A stretch of DNA of 64,000 bases from Dehalococcoidia bacterium (GTDB taxonomy: Bacteria; Chloroflexota; Dehalococcoidia; UBA2979): assembly GCA_964291495.2 (NCBI GenBank), contig OZ219871.1:1472001-1536000 (forward strand). The letters are read 5' to 3'. The notes beneath the pieces were generated by a model, which saw only the letters and a program-made list of their open reading frames with translations, had not been told where the DNA came from and did not search any database. Of the stretch, positions 17,425 through 27,999 are shown piece by piece. Each line of letters opens with the position of its first letter. Position 1 is the stretch's first letter. Position numbers and translations under genes: made by a program.

Positions 17425-18204
17425 CTAGCGGCCCTTGAAGACCGGCGTCCGCTTCTCGGCGAAGGCCTTGGCGGCCTCCATCGTGTCGTCCAGCTTGCGC
17501 AGGTCGGCCATCGCCTGCGGGAAGCTGATCGCGGTCTGGTAGGTGTTCGGGCGCGGGCGCGCCATCATCAGCTGCTGCTTGGTGACGCGCACGTGCACCG
17601 GCGGCAGCCCCGCGATCTCCTCGGCGAGGTCCATCGCCGTCGACTCCAGCTGGTCGGCCGGGACGACGTGGTTGGCGAGGCCCAGCTCGTAGGCGCGCTG
17701 CGCGTCGAACTGGTGGCCGCGAATCACGATCTCCGAGCCCGGCAGCCAGGGCAGGTTGTTGAGGATCGGGAACAGCGCCGGCCCGATGATGCCCGTCGGA
17801 ATCTCCGACATCGCGAAGCGCGCGCCCTCGGCGGCCACGCAGATGTCCGAGGCGCAGACCATGTAGAAGCCGAGGCCCCAGGCCCCGCCCTGCACCGCCG
17901 TGATCAGCGGGATGTCGGTCTCCGGCACGCTGTAGAAGCCGAGGTCGGCGACCGGCTCGTCCGCACCCACGATGTCGGGGGCGCCACCGGCCTGCTCGCG
18001 AATGTCGCGGCCCGCGCAGAAGATGCGGCCCTCGCCGGAGAGCACCACCACCCGCACGTCCGGGTCGCTCATCGCCTCGTGCCAGGCGCGCCGGCGGTCC
18101 CAGCTGATCTGCGCGCCCTGCGCGTTGAGGCGCTCGGGGCGGTTGAGGATCATCCGGAAGATGTGACCGATCTTCTCGGTCTTCACGTACGTGTACTCGG
18201 TCAT
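17425..18204 (-). CDS. Enoyl-CoA hydratase/isomerase family protein
   Basis: ATG 18204; LNRPERLNA, FCAGRD, AVQGGAWGLG, FAEKRTP.FKGR. Confidence 0.9.
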   Translation of the reverse strand: MTEYTYVKTEKIGHIFRMILNRPERLNAQGAQISWDRRRAWHEAMSDPDVRVVVLSGEGRIFCAGRDIREQAGGAPDIVGADEPVADLGFYSVPETDIPLITAVQGGAWGLGFYMVCASDICVAAEGARFAMSEIPTGIIGPALFPILNNLPWLPGSEIVIRGHQFDAQRAYELGLANHVVPADQLESTAMDLAEEIAGLPPVHVRVTKQQLMMARPRPNTYQTAISFPQAMADLRKLDDTMEAAKAFAEKRTPVFKGR

Positions 18205-18379
18205 GTGGTTCCTTACGCTGTCCCGTGTCGGCTGGCGGAATCTAGCACATCCTGCGCGCTGGCACGACCACCCCCGCGAGCGGCCGGCGACGGGCTTGTC
18301 AGCACGGCGACCGTCGTACCATCCTCGCGAGGGCTCGAGGCCGCCCTGAGCGGTCCGCAGGCGGCGTTGCGGAGGCGAG

Positions 18380-19138
18380 ATGATCAACAAGGTCGTCGAC
18401 TCGTTCGACGAGGCCGTGGCGGACGTGCCGTCGGACGCGATGATCCACTTCGGCGGCTTCGCGAACCCGCACAACACGCCCAACTACCTCATGGCCGCGC
18501 TCGCCCGCCAGGGCGCGGACCAGTTGACGGGCGTGAGCACCTTCGCCGGCTACGGCGAGGAGGTCGTGCGGGCGCTGTTCGAACGCCGCGGCCTCGATCC
18601 CCTGTCCGATGGCTGGGATCTCGGCCTGATCGCCGGCCTCGGACGGCTGCGCAAGCTGATCACGAGCTTTCCCGCGGGTAACTCGCGCGAGCTGCTCTAT
18701 CCCTTCGAGCACGTGCTGCGACGCCGGGAGGCCGAGGTCGAGGTGCTGGGTCAGGGTTCGATCGCGGAGCGCATCCGCTGCGCCCGCGCCGGCATTCCCG
18801 CCTTCTACACCCCCGTCGGCGTCGGTACCTTCGTCGCCGAGGGCAAGGAGGTGCGGGAGTTCGATGGCGTCCCGCACATCCTCGAGACCGCGCTCAGGGC
18901 GGACTTCGCGCTGATCCGCGCGCACCGCGCGGATCGCTTCGGCAACCTCGTCTTCCGCGGCCCGCGCACCTTCAACCAGACGATGGCCGGGGCCGCCGGG
19001 GTCACCGTCGCCGAGGTCGACGAGGTCGTCCCCCTTGGCGAGCTCGGTCCCGACGCGATCCACACGCCCGGCATCTACGTGCAGCGGGTCGTGGTGCGGC
19101 CCGCGACGCCGCACGACGACTGGAGGACGCCCGCATGA
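18380..19138 (+). CDS. 3-oxoacid CoA-transferase subunit A
   Basis: MINKVV, QGSIAERIR...AGIPAFYTP.GVGT, ADRFGNL, IHTPGIYV. Confidence 0.9.
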   Translation: MINKVVDSFDEAVADVPSDAMIHFGGFANPHNTPNYLMAALARQGADQLTGVSTFAGYGEEVVRALFERRGLDPLSDGWDLGLIAGLGRLRKLITSFPAGNSRELLYPFEHVLRRREAEVEVLGQGSIAERIRCARAGIPAFYTPVGVGTFVAEGKEVREFDGVPHILETALRADFALIRAHRADRFGNLVFRGPRTFNQTMAGAAGVTVAEVDEVVPLGELGPDAIHTPGIYVQRVVVRPATPHDDWRTPA

Positions 19139-19812
19139 GCGATAGCCCGGAGTTCCTCGACGAGTCCGTGATGGCGATGGTGGCGGCGCGCGACCTGCCG
19201 GACGGCGCGGTCGTGAACCTCGGCCTCGGCCTGCCGCTCGCGATCGCGGACCACATCCCCCCGGACCGCGAGGTGCTGCTGCACTCGGAGCAGGGCATCC
19301 TCGGCTTCGGTCCGCGCGCCAGCGATCCGGCCGATGTCGACCCGCTGATCATGAACGCGGGCGGCGAGCCGGTCACGCGTCCGCCGGGCATCTGCTACGT
19401 GAGCCACGACGAGTCGTTCGCGATGATCCGCGGCGGCCACCTCGACGTCTCCGTGCTGGGCGCGCTGCAGGTGGACCAGGAGGGCAACCTCGCGAACGCC
19501 CAGATTCCCGGGAAGCCCGCGCCCGGCCTGGGCGGCGGCCAGGATCTCGCCACCTGCGCGAAGCAGGTGCTGGTGGTGATGAAGCACCTCGCCCCGAACG
19601 GCTCGCCGAAGATCGTCGAGCGCTGCGACATGGTGCTGACCGCTCTCGGCTGCGTCGATCGCGTCGTGACGGACGTGGGGCTGTTCGAGATCGCGGACGG
19701 GCGCGTCACGCTGCTGGAGTACGCGCCGGGCTGGAGCGTCGAGCAGATCCAGGCGATCACCGGCGTCGAGCTGGCAGTCGCCGAGGATGTACGCGAGATC
19801 GCACTGAGATAA
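19135..19812 (+). CDS. 3-oxoacid CoA-transferase subunit B
   Basis: VNLGLGLP, HSEQG, SFAMIRGGHLD, GGGQDL; ATGA overlap with subunit A. Confidence 0.92.
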   Translation: MSDSPEFLDESVMAMVAARDLPDGAVVNLGLGLPLAIADHIPPDREVLLHSEQGILGFGPRASDPADVDPLIMNAGGEPVTRPPGICYVSHDESFAMIRGGHLDVSVLGALQVDQEGNLANAQIPGKPAPGLGGGQDLATCAKQVLVVMKHLAPNGSPKIVERCDMVLTALGCVDRVVTDVGLFEIADGRVTLLEYAPGWSVEQIQAITGVELAVAEDVREIALR

Positions 19813-19837
19813 GATCGCAAGTAGCAATCAAACCGCG

Positions 19838-20755
19838 GTGAGAAGGACCGACCTCGTGATTGATCGTCTGCGCAGGATTCCGCTGTTCCGAGGTGTCGCG
19901 TTCGCGGCGGCGCTGCTGGCGCTGCTGCTTGCGACGGCCTGTGGCGACGATGCGCCCTCGAAGGACGATCCCGACGCCTACACCAAGCACGTCGTGCAGG
20001 AGGCGCTCGACCGCTACGAGGACGACGGCCGCCAGGCGGTGATCGATTACTACAACACGACCGAGAGCGTGGACGGGCAGTGGTACGTCTTCATCGCCGA
20101 CGAGGACAGCGTGATCATCTCCCACGCGCCCACCCCGGGGAACATCGGGCGGTCGCTCTACGACGACCTCGGCGTCGACATCACCGGCTATGCGTTCGGG
20201 CCGCACATGGCCGCGGCAACCGGGAGCGGGCGCTGGATCAGCTACGTCTTCCTCAACCCGCAGAGCGGCGCGGAGGAAACCAAGCACGCCTGGGTGGTCC
20301 GCCGCGACGGGCTGCTCTTCGGCTCCGGCTGGTACGAGGTCACCCCGGGCGCCGGCGAGACGCCTGCTTCCCGGGCCCAGCCCGACGTCTACACGAAGTA
20401 CTTCGTCCAGCAGGCGCTCGACCGCCTCGACGCGGAGGGGGCGCAGGCGACGATCGACTACTACAACTCCCCCGAGAGCGTGGACGGCCCCTGGTACATC
20501 TTCATCTTCGACGCGGACGGGATCATGGTGGCGCACCCGACCCGGCCGGAGCGGATCGGGACGCACATCCAGGATCGCGAATGGCGGACCGACGTGACCG
20601 GGTACTACTACGGCGATGTGCTCGCGAGCACCTCGGAGACCGGACGCTGGCTCACGTACGTCTTCAACAACCCGGCGACGGGCGAGGAGCGGACCAAGCA
20701 CAGCTGGGTGATCCGTCGCAACGGCATGCTCTTCGGCGCCGGCTGGTACGAGTAG
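19838..20755 (+). CDS. Lipoprotein with two tandem Cache-like domains
   Basis: Lipobox LATAC; two ~120-aa repeats (YYN..ESVDG.WY.FI.D ... W..YVF.NP..G.E.TKH.WV ... FG.GWYE). Confidence 0.75.
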   Translation: MRRTDLVIDRLRRIPLFRGVAFAAALLALLLATACGDDAPSKDDPDAYTKHVVQEALDRYEDDGRQAVIDYYNTTESVDGQWYVFIADEDSVIISHAPTPGNIGRSLYDDLGVDITGYAFGPHMAAATGSGRWISYVFLNPQSGAEETKHAWVVRRDGLLFGSGWYEVTPGAGETPASRAQPDVYTKYFVQQALDRLDAEGAQATIDYYNSPESVDGPWYIFIFDADGIMVAHPTRPERIGTHIQDREWRTDVTGYYYGDVLASTSETGRWLTYVFNNPATGEERTKHSWVIRRNGMLFGAGWYE

Positions 20756-20771
20756 CGAGGACGCGACCGGC

Positions 20772-21713
20772 TCAGGACTGCCGGCGGAACCACTCCACCG
20801 TGCGCGCCATCCCTTCCTCGAGGCTGGCGCGCGGCGTCCAGCCCCAGACCTCGCGGGCGCGTGAGGCGTCGAGGTAGATCGCCGCGTGGTCGCCGGGGCG
20901 CTCCGCGGCGTAGACCGGCGGCCGCCCGTAGCCCGTCAGCTCGGCCAGCGTGTCGAAGATGCGCTGCGTCGAGACACCCTCGCCGGTCCCGATGACGCAG
21001 GTGGCCGGCTCGCGCTCGGCGGCGAGCAGGGTGGCCTCGATCACGTCGTCGACGTAGACGTAGTCGCGCTGCTGGCTGCCGTCGCCGAAGATCGTCACCG
21101 GCTCGCCGGCGAGCATGCGTGAGCTGAAGATCGCGACCACGCCGGATTCGCCGGCGGCGTCCTGCCCCGGCCCGTAGATGTTCCCCGGCCGCAGCACCGA
21201 GAGCTCGAGGCCGAGATGGCGGCAGAGCGCCCCCAGCTCGTGCTCGGCGGCGATCTTCGAGGCGCCGTAGACGGCGTCCGGAGCGATCGGGGTGTCCTCG
21301 TTTGCCGGGAGCACGCGCGGCGCCCCGTGGAGCGCGCCGCCGGTGGAGAAGAAGACGATGCGTCGCGTCCCCGCTTCCGCGGCGGCCTGCGCGACGTGGA
21401 CGCTGCCCAGCACGTTGGTCAGCACGTCCGTCGCCGGGTCGCGCATCGAGACCGGCACCGAGGCCTGCGCCGCGAGGTGGAAGACCACCTCCGGCTGCGC
21501 CTCGGCGACGATCGACCGCGTCGAGGCGGGGTCGCGGATGTCACCGAGGTACTCGGCGACGCCCTCGGGAGGCGGGTCCGCGGGACCGCCGGGCGGGGCG
21601 AGCGAGAGGCCGCTCACGCTCCAGCCGTCGCTGGCGAGCCACCGTACGAGGTGGCGACCGACGAAACCCGACGATCCGGTGACCAGTGCACTCCCTGGAC
21701 GCTGCGTGCTCAC
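20772..21713 (-). CDS. NAD-dependent epimerase/dehydratase (GalE-like)
   Basis: GTG 21713 with GGAGG RBS; VTGSSGFVG, HLAAQASV, YGASK, GNIYGPGQ, RDYVYV.D. Confidence 0.9.
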   Translation of the reverse strand: MSTQRPGSALVTGSSGFVGRHLVRWLASDGWSVSGLSLAPPGGPADPPPEGVAEYLGDIRDPASTRSIVAEAQPEVVFHLAAQASVPVSMRDPATDVLTNVLGSVHVAQAAAEAGTRRIVFFSTGGALHGAPRVLPANEDTPIAPDAVYGASKIAAEHELGALCRHLGLELSVLRPGNIYGPGQDAAGESGVVAIFSSRMLAGEPVTIFGDGSQQRDYVYVDDVIEATLLAAEREPATCVIGTGEGVSTQRIFDTLAELTGYGRPPVYAAERPGDHAAIYLDASRAREVWGWTPRASLEEGMARTVEWFRRQS

Positions 21714-21892
21714 GGCTCCTCCCCGGTCCTCAACTCGCGGCATTCGTGTTCGCGCCGGGCGGTCGCTACCCTGTGGCCGCCGCGGCGTCGAGGCGCCTCA
21801 TCGCGCCTTATAGCGTCGTGGACGGGACGCGAACAGGGTACGGTGTCGCGCGCGGCGCCGCGCGGCGCCGCGCGGCAGGAACGAGGGCGGAC

Positions 21893-22954
21893 ATGCTCGA
21901 TGACCCGGTCCTCCGTGATCGCGTCGATCCGAGCGGCTTCTGGCGGCTGATCGCCGATCTGCCTCGGCAGGCGCGGGCGGCCCGCGAGCTGGGCCGCGAC
22001 TGCCCGCTACCCGGGCACTTCACCCGTCCCAAACGCGTCGTGATCCTCGGGATGGGCGGTTCCGCCATCGGCGGCGACGTCGTCGCGACCATCACCGAGC
22101 ATCTCGGCTCGATCCCGGCCGAGGTCGTGCGCGACTACGCCGCGCCGCCGGTCGGCGAGGGCGCGCTGCTGGTGGCCTGCTCTTTCTCCGGGGATACCGA
22201 GGAAGTCATCTCGGCCTTCTCGGCGCAGCTCGGCGGCCCCGGGATGCGGCTCGCACTGACCACCGGCGGATCGCTGGCGGCCATCGCCGAGGCGCACGAG
22301 GTCCCACTGATCGCCTACGACTTCGACGGCCCGCCACGCACCGCGCTCGGCTACAGCGTGCTCCCCTTGCTGGAGGTGCTGCGCCGGCTGGGCGCCGTGA
22401 CCCTCGACGACGACGCAATCGAGCACGCGTTGAGCGGCCTCGAGCGCTGCGCCGAGGCGTGGGGCCCGCAGCAGCCGACAGACTCCAACGCCGCGAAGCA
22501 GATCGCGCTGCGCCTGCGCGACCGGCTGCCCTACATCGTGGGCGGCGACGTGCTGGCGGTGGCGGCGCGGCGCTGGGCGGGGCAGCTCGCCGAGAACGCG
22601 AAGCAGTGGGCGTTCGCCGGCGCTCTCCCCGAGGCCGACCACAGCACGATTGTCGCCCTCGAGCGGCAGCAGGAGGCCTCGCGCGCGCTCCACGTCGTGC
22701 TGCTCGACGGCCCGGCGATGGACGCGAGGAACCGCCGCCGCGCGCAGTTGACCGCGCGGGAGCTCGGCGCCGCGGGCGTGGAGCACGAGATCGCGGCCAT
22801 CGAGGCGCCGGACCCGCTGGTCGCAGTCCTCGAGGCCTGCCAGCTCGGCGACTGGGTCTCGTACTACGTCGCGCTGCTGCACGGCGTGGACCCGCTGCCG
22901 ACGCCGATCCTCGATCGCGTCAAGGCCGCGATGGCCGACGGGGTTGGGGAGTAG
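21893..22954 (+). CDS. Bifunctional phosphoglucose/phosphomannose isomerase (double SIS)
   Basis: GMGGSAIGG, SFSGDTEE, TTGG, ENAK, PEADH. Confidence 0.88.
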   Translation: MLDDPVLRDRVDPSGFWRLIADLPRQARAARELGRDCPLPGHFTRPKRVVILGMGGSAIGGDVVATITEHLGSIPAEVVRDYAAPPVGEGALLVACSFSGDTEEVISAFSAQLGGPGMRLALTTGGSLAAIAEAHEVPLIAYDFDGPPRTALGYSVLPLLEVLRRLGAVTLDDDAIEHALSGLERCAEAWGPQQPTDSNAAKQIALRLRDRLPYIVGGDVLAVAARRWAGQLAENAKQWAFAGALPEADHSTIVALERQQEASRALHVVLLDGPAMDARNRRRAQLTARELGAAGVEHEIAAIEAPDPLVAVLEACQLGDWVSYYVALLHGVDPLPTPILDRVKAAMADGVGE

Positions 22955-23148
22955 GCCCTTCGGGATCCTCCCGAGTGCCGCCCTCTTGCGGCTGCTCACC
23001 ATGTGAACGGCGCCTGACACGGCCGAGGGCTGGACACGTATGGCACTATGCCCCGGAAGGAACCGGAGGCCCTCGCGGCATGGGCGTCCGGCGTCCGAGT
23101 CCATGGGTCTGCCTATGGCGGGCTGATGCATCGTGCGAGGGGGCGCGG

Positions 23149-23337
23149 ATGACATCAGAGGCGAGGAATGGGACCGGCACGGCTCACGTCCATCACTGGA
23201 TGCTATCCGAGCCGTCCGGAGGCGAGGTGCCCGGCCGGTGTAAGGGCTGCGGCGAGGAACGCGGATTCCCCGCGAACCCGTCCAACCCGTACCTGCGCGG
23301 TCTGGCCAAGAAACGCCCGACGGGCCGCCAGAGCTAG
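23149..23337 (+). CDS. Small putative zinc-binding protein, 62 aa
   Basis: ATG after GAGGGG; HVHHWML..P.G....G.CKGCGEER.F. Confidence 0.6.
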   Translation: MTSEARNGTGTAHVHHWMLSEPSGGEVPGRCKGCGEERGFPANPSNPYLRGLAKKRPTGRQS

Positions 23338-23477
23338 CGAGCCCGCGAACGCCCGGACCCGCGAGGCGTCCCCAGCGCCGATCGCGGAGTCCGTCCCCAA
23401 ATCGAGGCGCCTCGCGCGCCTCTTCCTGCTGCCCTGAAGAGGGGACAGGACGGACGCCGCTCCATATCCGCCTCCCT

Positions 23478-24007
23478 CCGTCATTCCGGCGAAAGCCGGA
23501 ATCCAGGCGGGTCGGCGGCGGTCACTGTTGGCGGAGCGAGGTCATAGCGCTAGAGGATCTCCCGATACAGATCCCGCCAGGTCGGGTTCTCTTTCTCAAT
23601 CAACTCCAGCTTCCAGGCGCGCTCCACTCCTTCAGCCGCTTCTCCCGGACAATGGCGCTCTCCATCGTCTCGTGGCGCTCGAACCAGACCAGCAAGTGCG
23701 TCCGATAACGCTCCGAGAAGCCGGCCACGAGGTCGTTCCTGTGCTCCCATACACGACGAACGAGGTCGGACGTGACTCCTGTGTAGAGCGTGCCGTTGCG
23801 CTTGCTGGCGAGGATGTAGACGCACGGGGTCCTCGAGGCTTGGCGCTTCCTGGTCACTCCCACCCCGCCCCATGTGTCATCCGCCCGCACCGTGGTCGTT
23901 GCTCGCAGGATAGGGCAGCTCCGGTGTTGACCGCCTCGTGTCATGCCCGGCTTGGCGCAAGGCGATGGGCTGGCGTGCCTGGATTCCGGCTTTCGCCGGA
24001 ATGACGG
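23478..24007. mobile_element. Putative repeat-bounded cassette carrying a GIY-YIG nuclease
   Basis: Perfect 31-bp inverted repeats at 23478-23508 and 23977-24007 (CCGTCATTCCGGCGAAAGCCGGAATCCAGGC) enclosing one gene; mobility is inferred. Confidence 0.55.
23550..23857 (-). pseudogene. GIY-YIG nuclease family protein with a 1-nt frameshift
   Basis: VYILASKRNGTLYTGVTSDLVRRVWEH...AIVREKRLKEW in one frame continues as RAWKLELIEKENPTWRDLYREIL in another; break at ~23622. Confidence 0.85.
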
Positions 24008-24083
24008 GGAAGAGTCCGGACTGGCGGAGGGCGGGGACGCAGTTCCGCCGACAGCGCTGGCCGATGGTCGGGCTGGAATCCGG

Positions 24084-26414
24084 CTAGTCGAAGCGCAACG
24101 CGCGCGCCCGGATCTCGTCGATCGAGAGCACCGGCGCGTCCGGCGCCAGCTCGCCCGGCGTGTAGGTGACAGAGGCGAGCCGCCCGCTGTAAGGGAACGG
24201 GCCGTGCCGCTCGTACAGCTCCCACGAGACCGGCGAGCGGCGGTCGATGCCGATGTCGATCCCCTCGAAGGGCGCGAGCGGGTGGAGTTGCACGAGGTCA
24301 TCGAGGACGCCGCGTGACTCGCCGTTGACGCGCAACTCGACGGCGCCGCGGTTCCTCGGCAGCGCCGTGAACTCGAACACCACTTCAAGGTCGCCCTCGG
24401 GCAGCGCGCCGCCGGCGAGCTCCGATATGTCGCTGTAGGCGTTGTACACGAAGCGGATCGCCCCGCCCTCGACGTACAGCACGTAGCCGCCGCCCTGCGC
24501 GCCGTGAGCCACGATCACGCCCTCGTCGCCCGCCTCGTAGTGGAGGCGCGAGCTGACCGTGAACGAGCGCCGGAAGATCAGCTGCAGCGAGCGATCGCGC
24601 TCGAGGGTCGGCGTGCCGGGGTAGATGGTGATCGGCTCCGCCAGCAACTCGTCCTCAGGAGGGCGCAGCAGCTGCTTCAGGCCGCTGTGGTCGTCGAGCG
24701 GGTAGACCTGGTTGTCGAGGGCGGCCTGCTCCCAGGCGTCGGCCAGCTCGCGCAGCTTCTCGGGGTGCTCGCCGGCGAGGTCGCGCAGCTCCGTGGGGTC
24801 GTCGCGCAGATCGTAGAGCTCCCACTCCTCGTCGCTGTAGGGCGCGCCGCGCTGGTGCAGCGTGACGGCGCTCCAGCCGTCGCGGTAGTAGCCGCGGTTG
24901 CCGACCATCTCGTAGAGCTGTTCCGGGTGCGCCGAGGCGGCCGACTCGTCCGCCAGGCTCGCCGCGAAGCTGGCGCCGGCGCGTTCGGGCAGGGATTCGT
25001 CGCCGGGCTCGGGCGGCGCCCCGGCGCCCGCGAGCTCGAGGATTGTCGGCAGGACGTCGGTGACGTGGGCGTACTGCCGCCGCTGCTCGCCGCCGCCGGC
25101 GATGCCCTTCGGCCACGAGATGATGAACGGCACCTGGTGGCCGCCCGCGTGCGTGGTGCTCTTGTAGAGCCGGAACGGCGTGTTCCCGGCCATCCCCCAG
25201 CCGCGCGGGTAGTGCGGCCATGACTGCGGCCCGCCCAGCAGGTCCAGCTTCGCGTAGTCGCGGTCGATGTCGGCGGCGGCCCGCGCGAAGGCGGCCAGGT
25301 ACTCGGTCGTGCCGGCGGTCTCACCCTCGCGCGAGGCGCCGTTGTCCGAGGTAAAGATCACGACAGTATTGTCGCGCTCGCCCAGCTCCTCGAGGGCGGC
25401 CATCAGCCGGCCGAAGTTCTGGTCGATGTTGTCGACCATTGCTGCGTACAGCTCCTCGTAACGTGCGAACAGCGTCTGCTCGCGAGGGTCGAGCTCGTCC
25501 CAGGCGGACACGTCGTAGCCGCGCTCGTGGTTCCTCGGCGCCAGCGCCGTGCCCTCGGGAATCACACCCAGCTCGAGCTGCCGCCGGTAGCGCGCCTCGC
25601 GCACAGCGTCCCAGCCGCCGTCGAAGACCCCCCGGTACTTCGCGATGTCCTCGGGCTTGGCGTGCAGTGGGGCGTGGGGCGCGCCGTGGGCGAAGTAGAG
25701 GAAGAACGGCTGGCGTGGGTTCGCGGCCTTCTGCTCGCGGATCATGCGGACCGCGCGGTCCGTCGCGTCGTCCGTGAAGTAGTAGCCGTCCGGGTAGCGA
25801 TCGATCTCGACGCGGGCGTTGTCCTCCATCAGCTCGTTGGGCATGTGCAGGTTGGTGAACGGCCCGAGGAACCCGAAGTAGCGGTCGAAGCCGCGCTGCA
25901 CCGGCCAGGAGTGCATCCGCTGGAAGGGCGAGAGCGCGGTGTCCTTCGAGAGGTGCCACTTCCCGACCATCATCGTCGCGTAGCCGGCGTCCCGCAGGAT
26001 CTCGGCCATCGTCGGCACGTTCGAGGCGAGCTCCATCGCGTAGCCGGGGAAGCCCGGATCCGCGTGCGCCACCCAGCCGACGCCGACGGCGTGCGAGTTG
26101 CGGCCCGTCAGGAGCGCCGCGCGCGTCGGCGAGCACATTGGCGTGACGTGGAAGTTCGTGTAGCGCAGGCCCTCGGCGGCGAGGCCGTCGAGGTGTGGCG
26201 TCTCGATCTCGGAGCCGTAGCACCCGAGGTCGGAGAAGCCGAGGTCGTCGGCGAGCACGATCACGACGTTCGGCGCGCCCTCGGGCGGCGTGGGGCGCGG
26301 CGGCCACCACGACTGGGAGGCGGCGATCGTGCGGCCGATCGTGCCCTCGAACCCCGCGTAGGCGCTCGCCCGCGGACCGGCGCCCGGTTCTGTCCGGAGA
26401 TCCTCGGTCGCCAC
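24084..26414 (-). CDS. Arylsulfatase (formylglycine-dependent)
   Basis: GTG 26414 with GGAGG; [33 protein letters not shown]. Confidence 0.93.
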   Translation of the reverse strand: MATEDLRTEPGAGPRASAYAGFEGTIGRTIAASQSWWPPRPTPPEGAPNVVIVLADDLGFSDLGCYGSEIETPHLDGLAAEGLRYTNFHVTPMCSPTRAALLTGRNSHAVGVGWVAHADPGFPGYAMELASNVPTMAEILRDAGYATMMVGKWHLSKDTALSPFQRMHSWPVQRGFDRYFGFLGPFTNLHMPNELMEDNARVEIDRYPDGYYFTDDATDRAVRMIREQKAANPRQPFFLYFAHGAPHAPLHAKPEDIAKYRGVFDGGWDAVREARYRRQLELGVIPEGTALAPRNHERGYDVSAWDELDPREQTLFARYEELYAAMVDNIDQNFGRLMAALEELGERDNTVVIFTSDNGASREGETAGTTEYLAAFARAAADIDRDYAKLDLLGGPQSWPHYPRGWGMAGNTPFRLYKSTTHAGGHQVPFIISWPKGIAGGGEQRRQYAHVTDVLPTILELAGAGAPPEPGDESLPERAGASFAASLADESAASAHPEQLYEMVGNRGYYRDGWSAVTLHQRGAPYSDEEWELYDLRDDPTELRDLAGEHPEKLRELADAWEQAALDNQVYPLDDHSGLKQLLRPPEDELLAEPITIYPGTPTLERDRSLQLIFRRSFTVSSRLHYEAGDEGVIVAHGAQGGGYVLYVEGGAIRFVYNAYSDISELAGGALPEGDLEVVFEFTALPRNRGAVELRVNGESRGVLDDLVQLHPLAPFEGIDIGIDRRSPVSWELYERHGPFPYSGRLASVTYTPGELAPDAPVLSIDEIRARALRFD

Positions 26415-26428
26415 GGTCGCCTCCTCCG

Positions 26429-26953
26429 CTACGCCCGCCGGCGCGCTGCGCCCGCACCCGCCTCGCAGAGGCGGCGCAGGCTCCACATCGCCTCCAGGTC
26501 GCGCTCGTTGATCTCGTGGACGAACTGGTCGAGGGGCATCTCGCCGCGGTGGCGATGGACGCCGCGGTGCTCCCAGGCCGATCCCGCCCACTGCAGCGTC
26601 CACAGCAGCTCCTCGCGCAGCGAGGCGAACCCGTACAGCAGATCCCGGAACTCCTCGAGGCGGTAGCGGCGCTCGCCCGGGCCCAGGTGCGCACGGCGCT
26701 CGGGGAGCGGCGCGCCGGAGCGATCGCAGATCGCCTGCACGGCGCGCAGGTCTTCCGCCTCCGAGTCCCGCAGGAAACCGACGATCTCGAGGATCGACCA
26801 GTCCTCGCGCAGCCCCGCCTCGGGCGGCGGGCGGCGCGTCAGGATCGCGTCGTCGAGTCCCCAGGTGAGTTGCTGGACCTCGTGAGCGACCTCGCGCAAG
26901 GCCTTGAGCAGCCAGCGCTGGTTCGAACCGTAGCGCCTCGACGAGGTCGGCAC
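26429..26953 (-). CDS. DinB-like protein
   Basis: [14 protein letters not shown] helix and terminal HEINERDLE helix resemble DinB_2; start uncertain. Confidence 0.55.
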   Translation of the reverse strand: MPTSSRRYGSNQRWLLKALREVAHEVQQLTWGLDDAILTRRPPPEAGLREDWSILEIVGFLRDSEAEDLRAVQAICDRSGAPLPERRAHLGPGERRYRLEEFRDLLYGFASLREELLWTLQWAGSAWEHRGVHRHRGEMPLDQFVHEINERDLEAMWSLRRLCEAGAGAARRRA

Positions 26954-27071
26954 CGCGCGATCGTTGGCCGCGCCGATCGGCTTGTCAACCGCGGGAGCCG
27001 CCGGGCGGGGTGGCCCGCGCGTTGACCGCGGAGGAGATTCGGGCGAGGCTCGCGCACGGGGCCCCAACGAC

Positions 27072-27905
27072 GTGAGCGCGGACTCGCTGCCCTACACGGT
27101 CCTGATCCTGATCGCCGAGTTGGCCATCGGCTCGCTCGTCTTCGTCACCTGGTTCGACGGGCGCGGGATGGTCACGCGCGGCTACGTGCAGACCGGCGCG
27201 GCGATCGTCGTGCCCTCGGCGGTGCTCGCGTTGCTGATCGCCTTCAACCTCGATCCGGAGGCGGGGATCGATGGCTACACGCTGCGGGGCGGCGCGCTCG
27301 ACGGGCTGCGCGTCGTGCTGGTGCTGTTCTCCGTCGTTGCGGGTCTGCACCTGGTGATGGCGTTCACGGAGCGCGCCGGAGCGGCGCGCCTGCTCGGCTG
27401 GGCCGGCGGCGCGGTGGGGCTGGCCGCGCTGGTGCTGCTCGCGGCGCTGGTCTCGGCGCCGGCCTGGTCCTACGCCGGGGTGCTGGCGAGCATGCTCGTC
27501 TCTGCGCTCGTGCTGGGCGGCTCGCTAATGGCGATGAGCTGGGGGCACTGGTACCTCACCAACTCCGGGCTGCCCAAGGAGCCGCTGGAGCAGATGTCGC
27601 TGCTGGTCCTCGGGGCGCTGATCGCGCAGGTGCTGCTCGTCGTCGCCGGCGCCGCCGCGCCCGTGCGCGAGACGCCGCTGACGCAGGGCGCCTTCGGCGT
27701 CTCACTGGGCGAGAATCCGGCCTTCTGGTTCCGCGTCGGCGTCGGGTTGCTGTTCCCGCTCGTGCTCGCCTGGCTCGCCTGGAAGGCGGCGGCGATCCGG
27801 GGAATGATGTCCGCCACCGGCCTGCTCTACATCGCCGTCGGCGCGGTTCTCGCGGGGGAGGTGCTCGCGCGCGGCCTGCTCTTCGCGACCGGCGCCGCCG
27901 TCTAG
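27072..27905 (+). CDS. Polytopic membrane protein (DmsC/NrfD-like anchor?)
   Basis: About 8 hydrophobic segments; GHWYL and SATGLLY motifs. Confidence 0.65.
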   Translation: MSADSLPYTVLILIAELAIGSLVFVTWFDGRGMVTRGYVQTGAAIVVPSAVLALLIAFNLDPEAGIDGYTLRGGALDGLRVVLVLFSVVAGLHLVMAFTERAGAARLLGWAGGAVGLAALVLLAALVSAPAWSYAGVLASMLVSALVLGGSLMAMSWGHWYLTNSGLPKEPLEQMSLLVLGALIAQVLLVVAGAAAPVRETPLTQGAFGVSLGENPAFWFRVGVGLLFPLVLAWLAWKAAAIRGMMSATGLLYIAVGAVLAGEVLARGLLFATGAAV

Positions 27906-27999
27906 CACCCCGCGACTCCGGCGCTCCGAGGGGTCTCGCCGCCTGCTGGGCGGTCATACAATGATCGGGATGCCCGGCAGCCGATCGGAGGGGCTTCCC

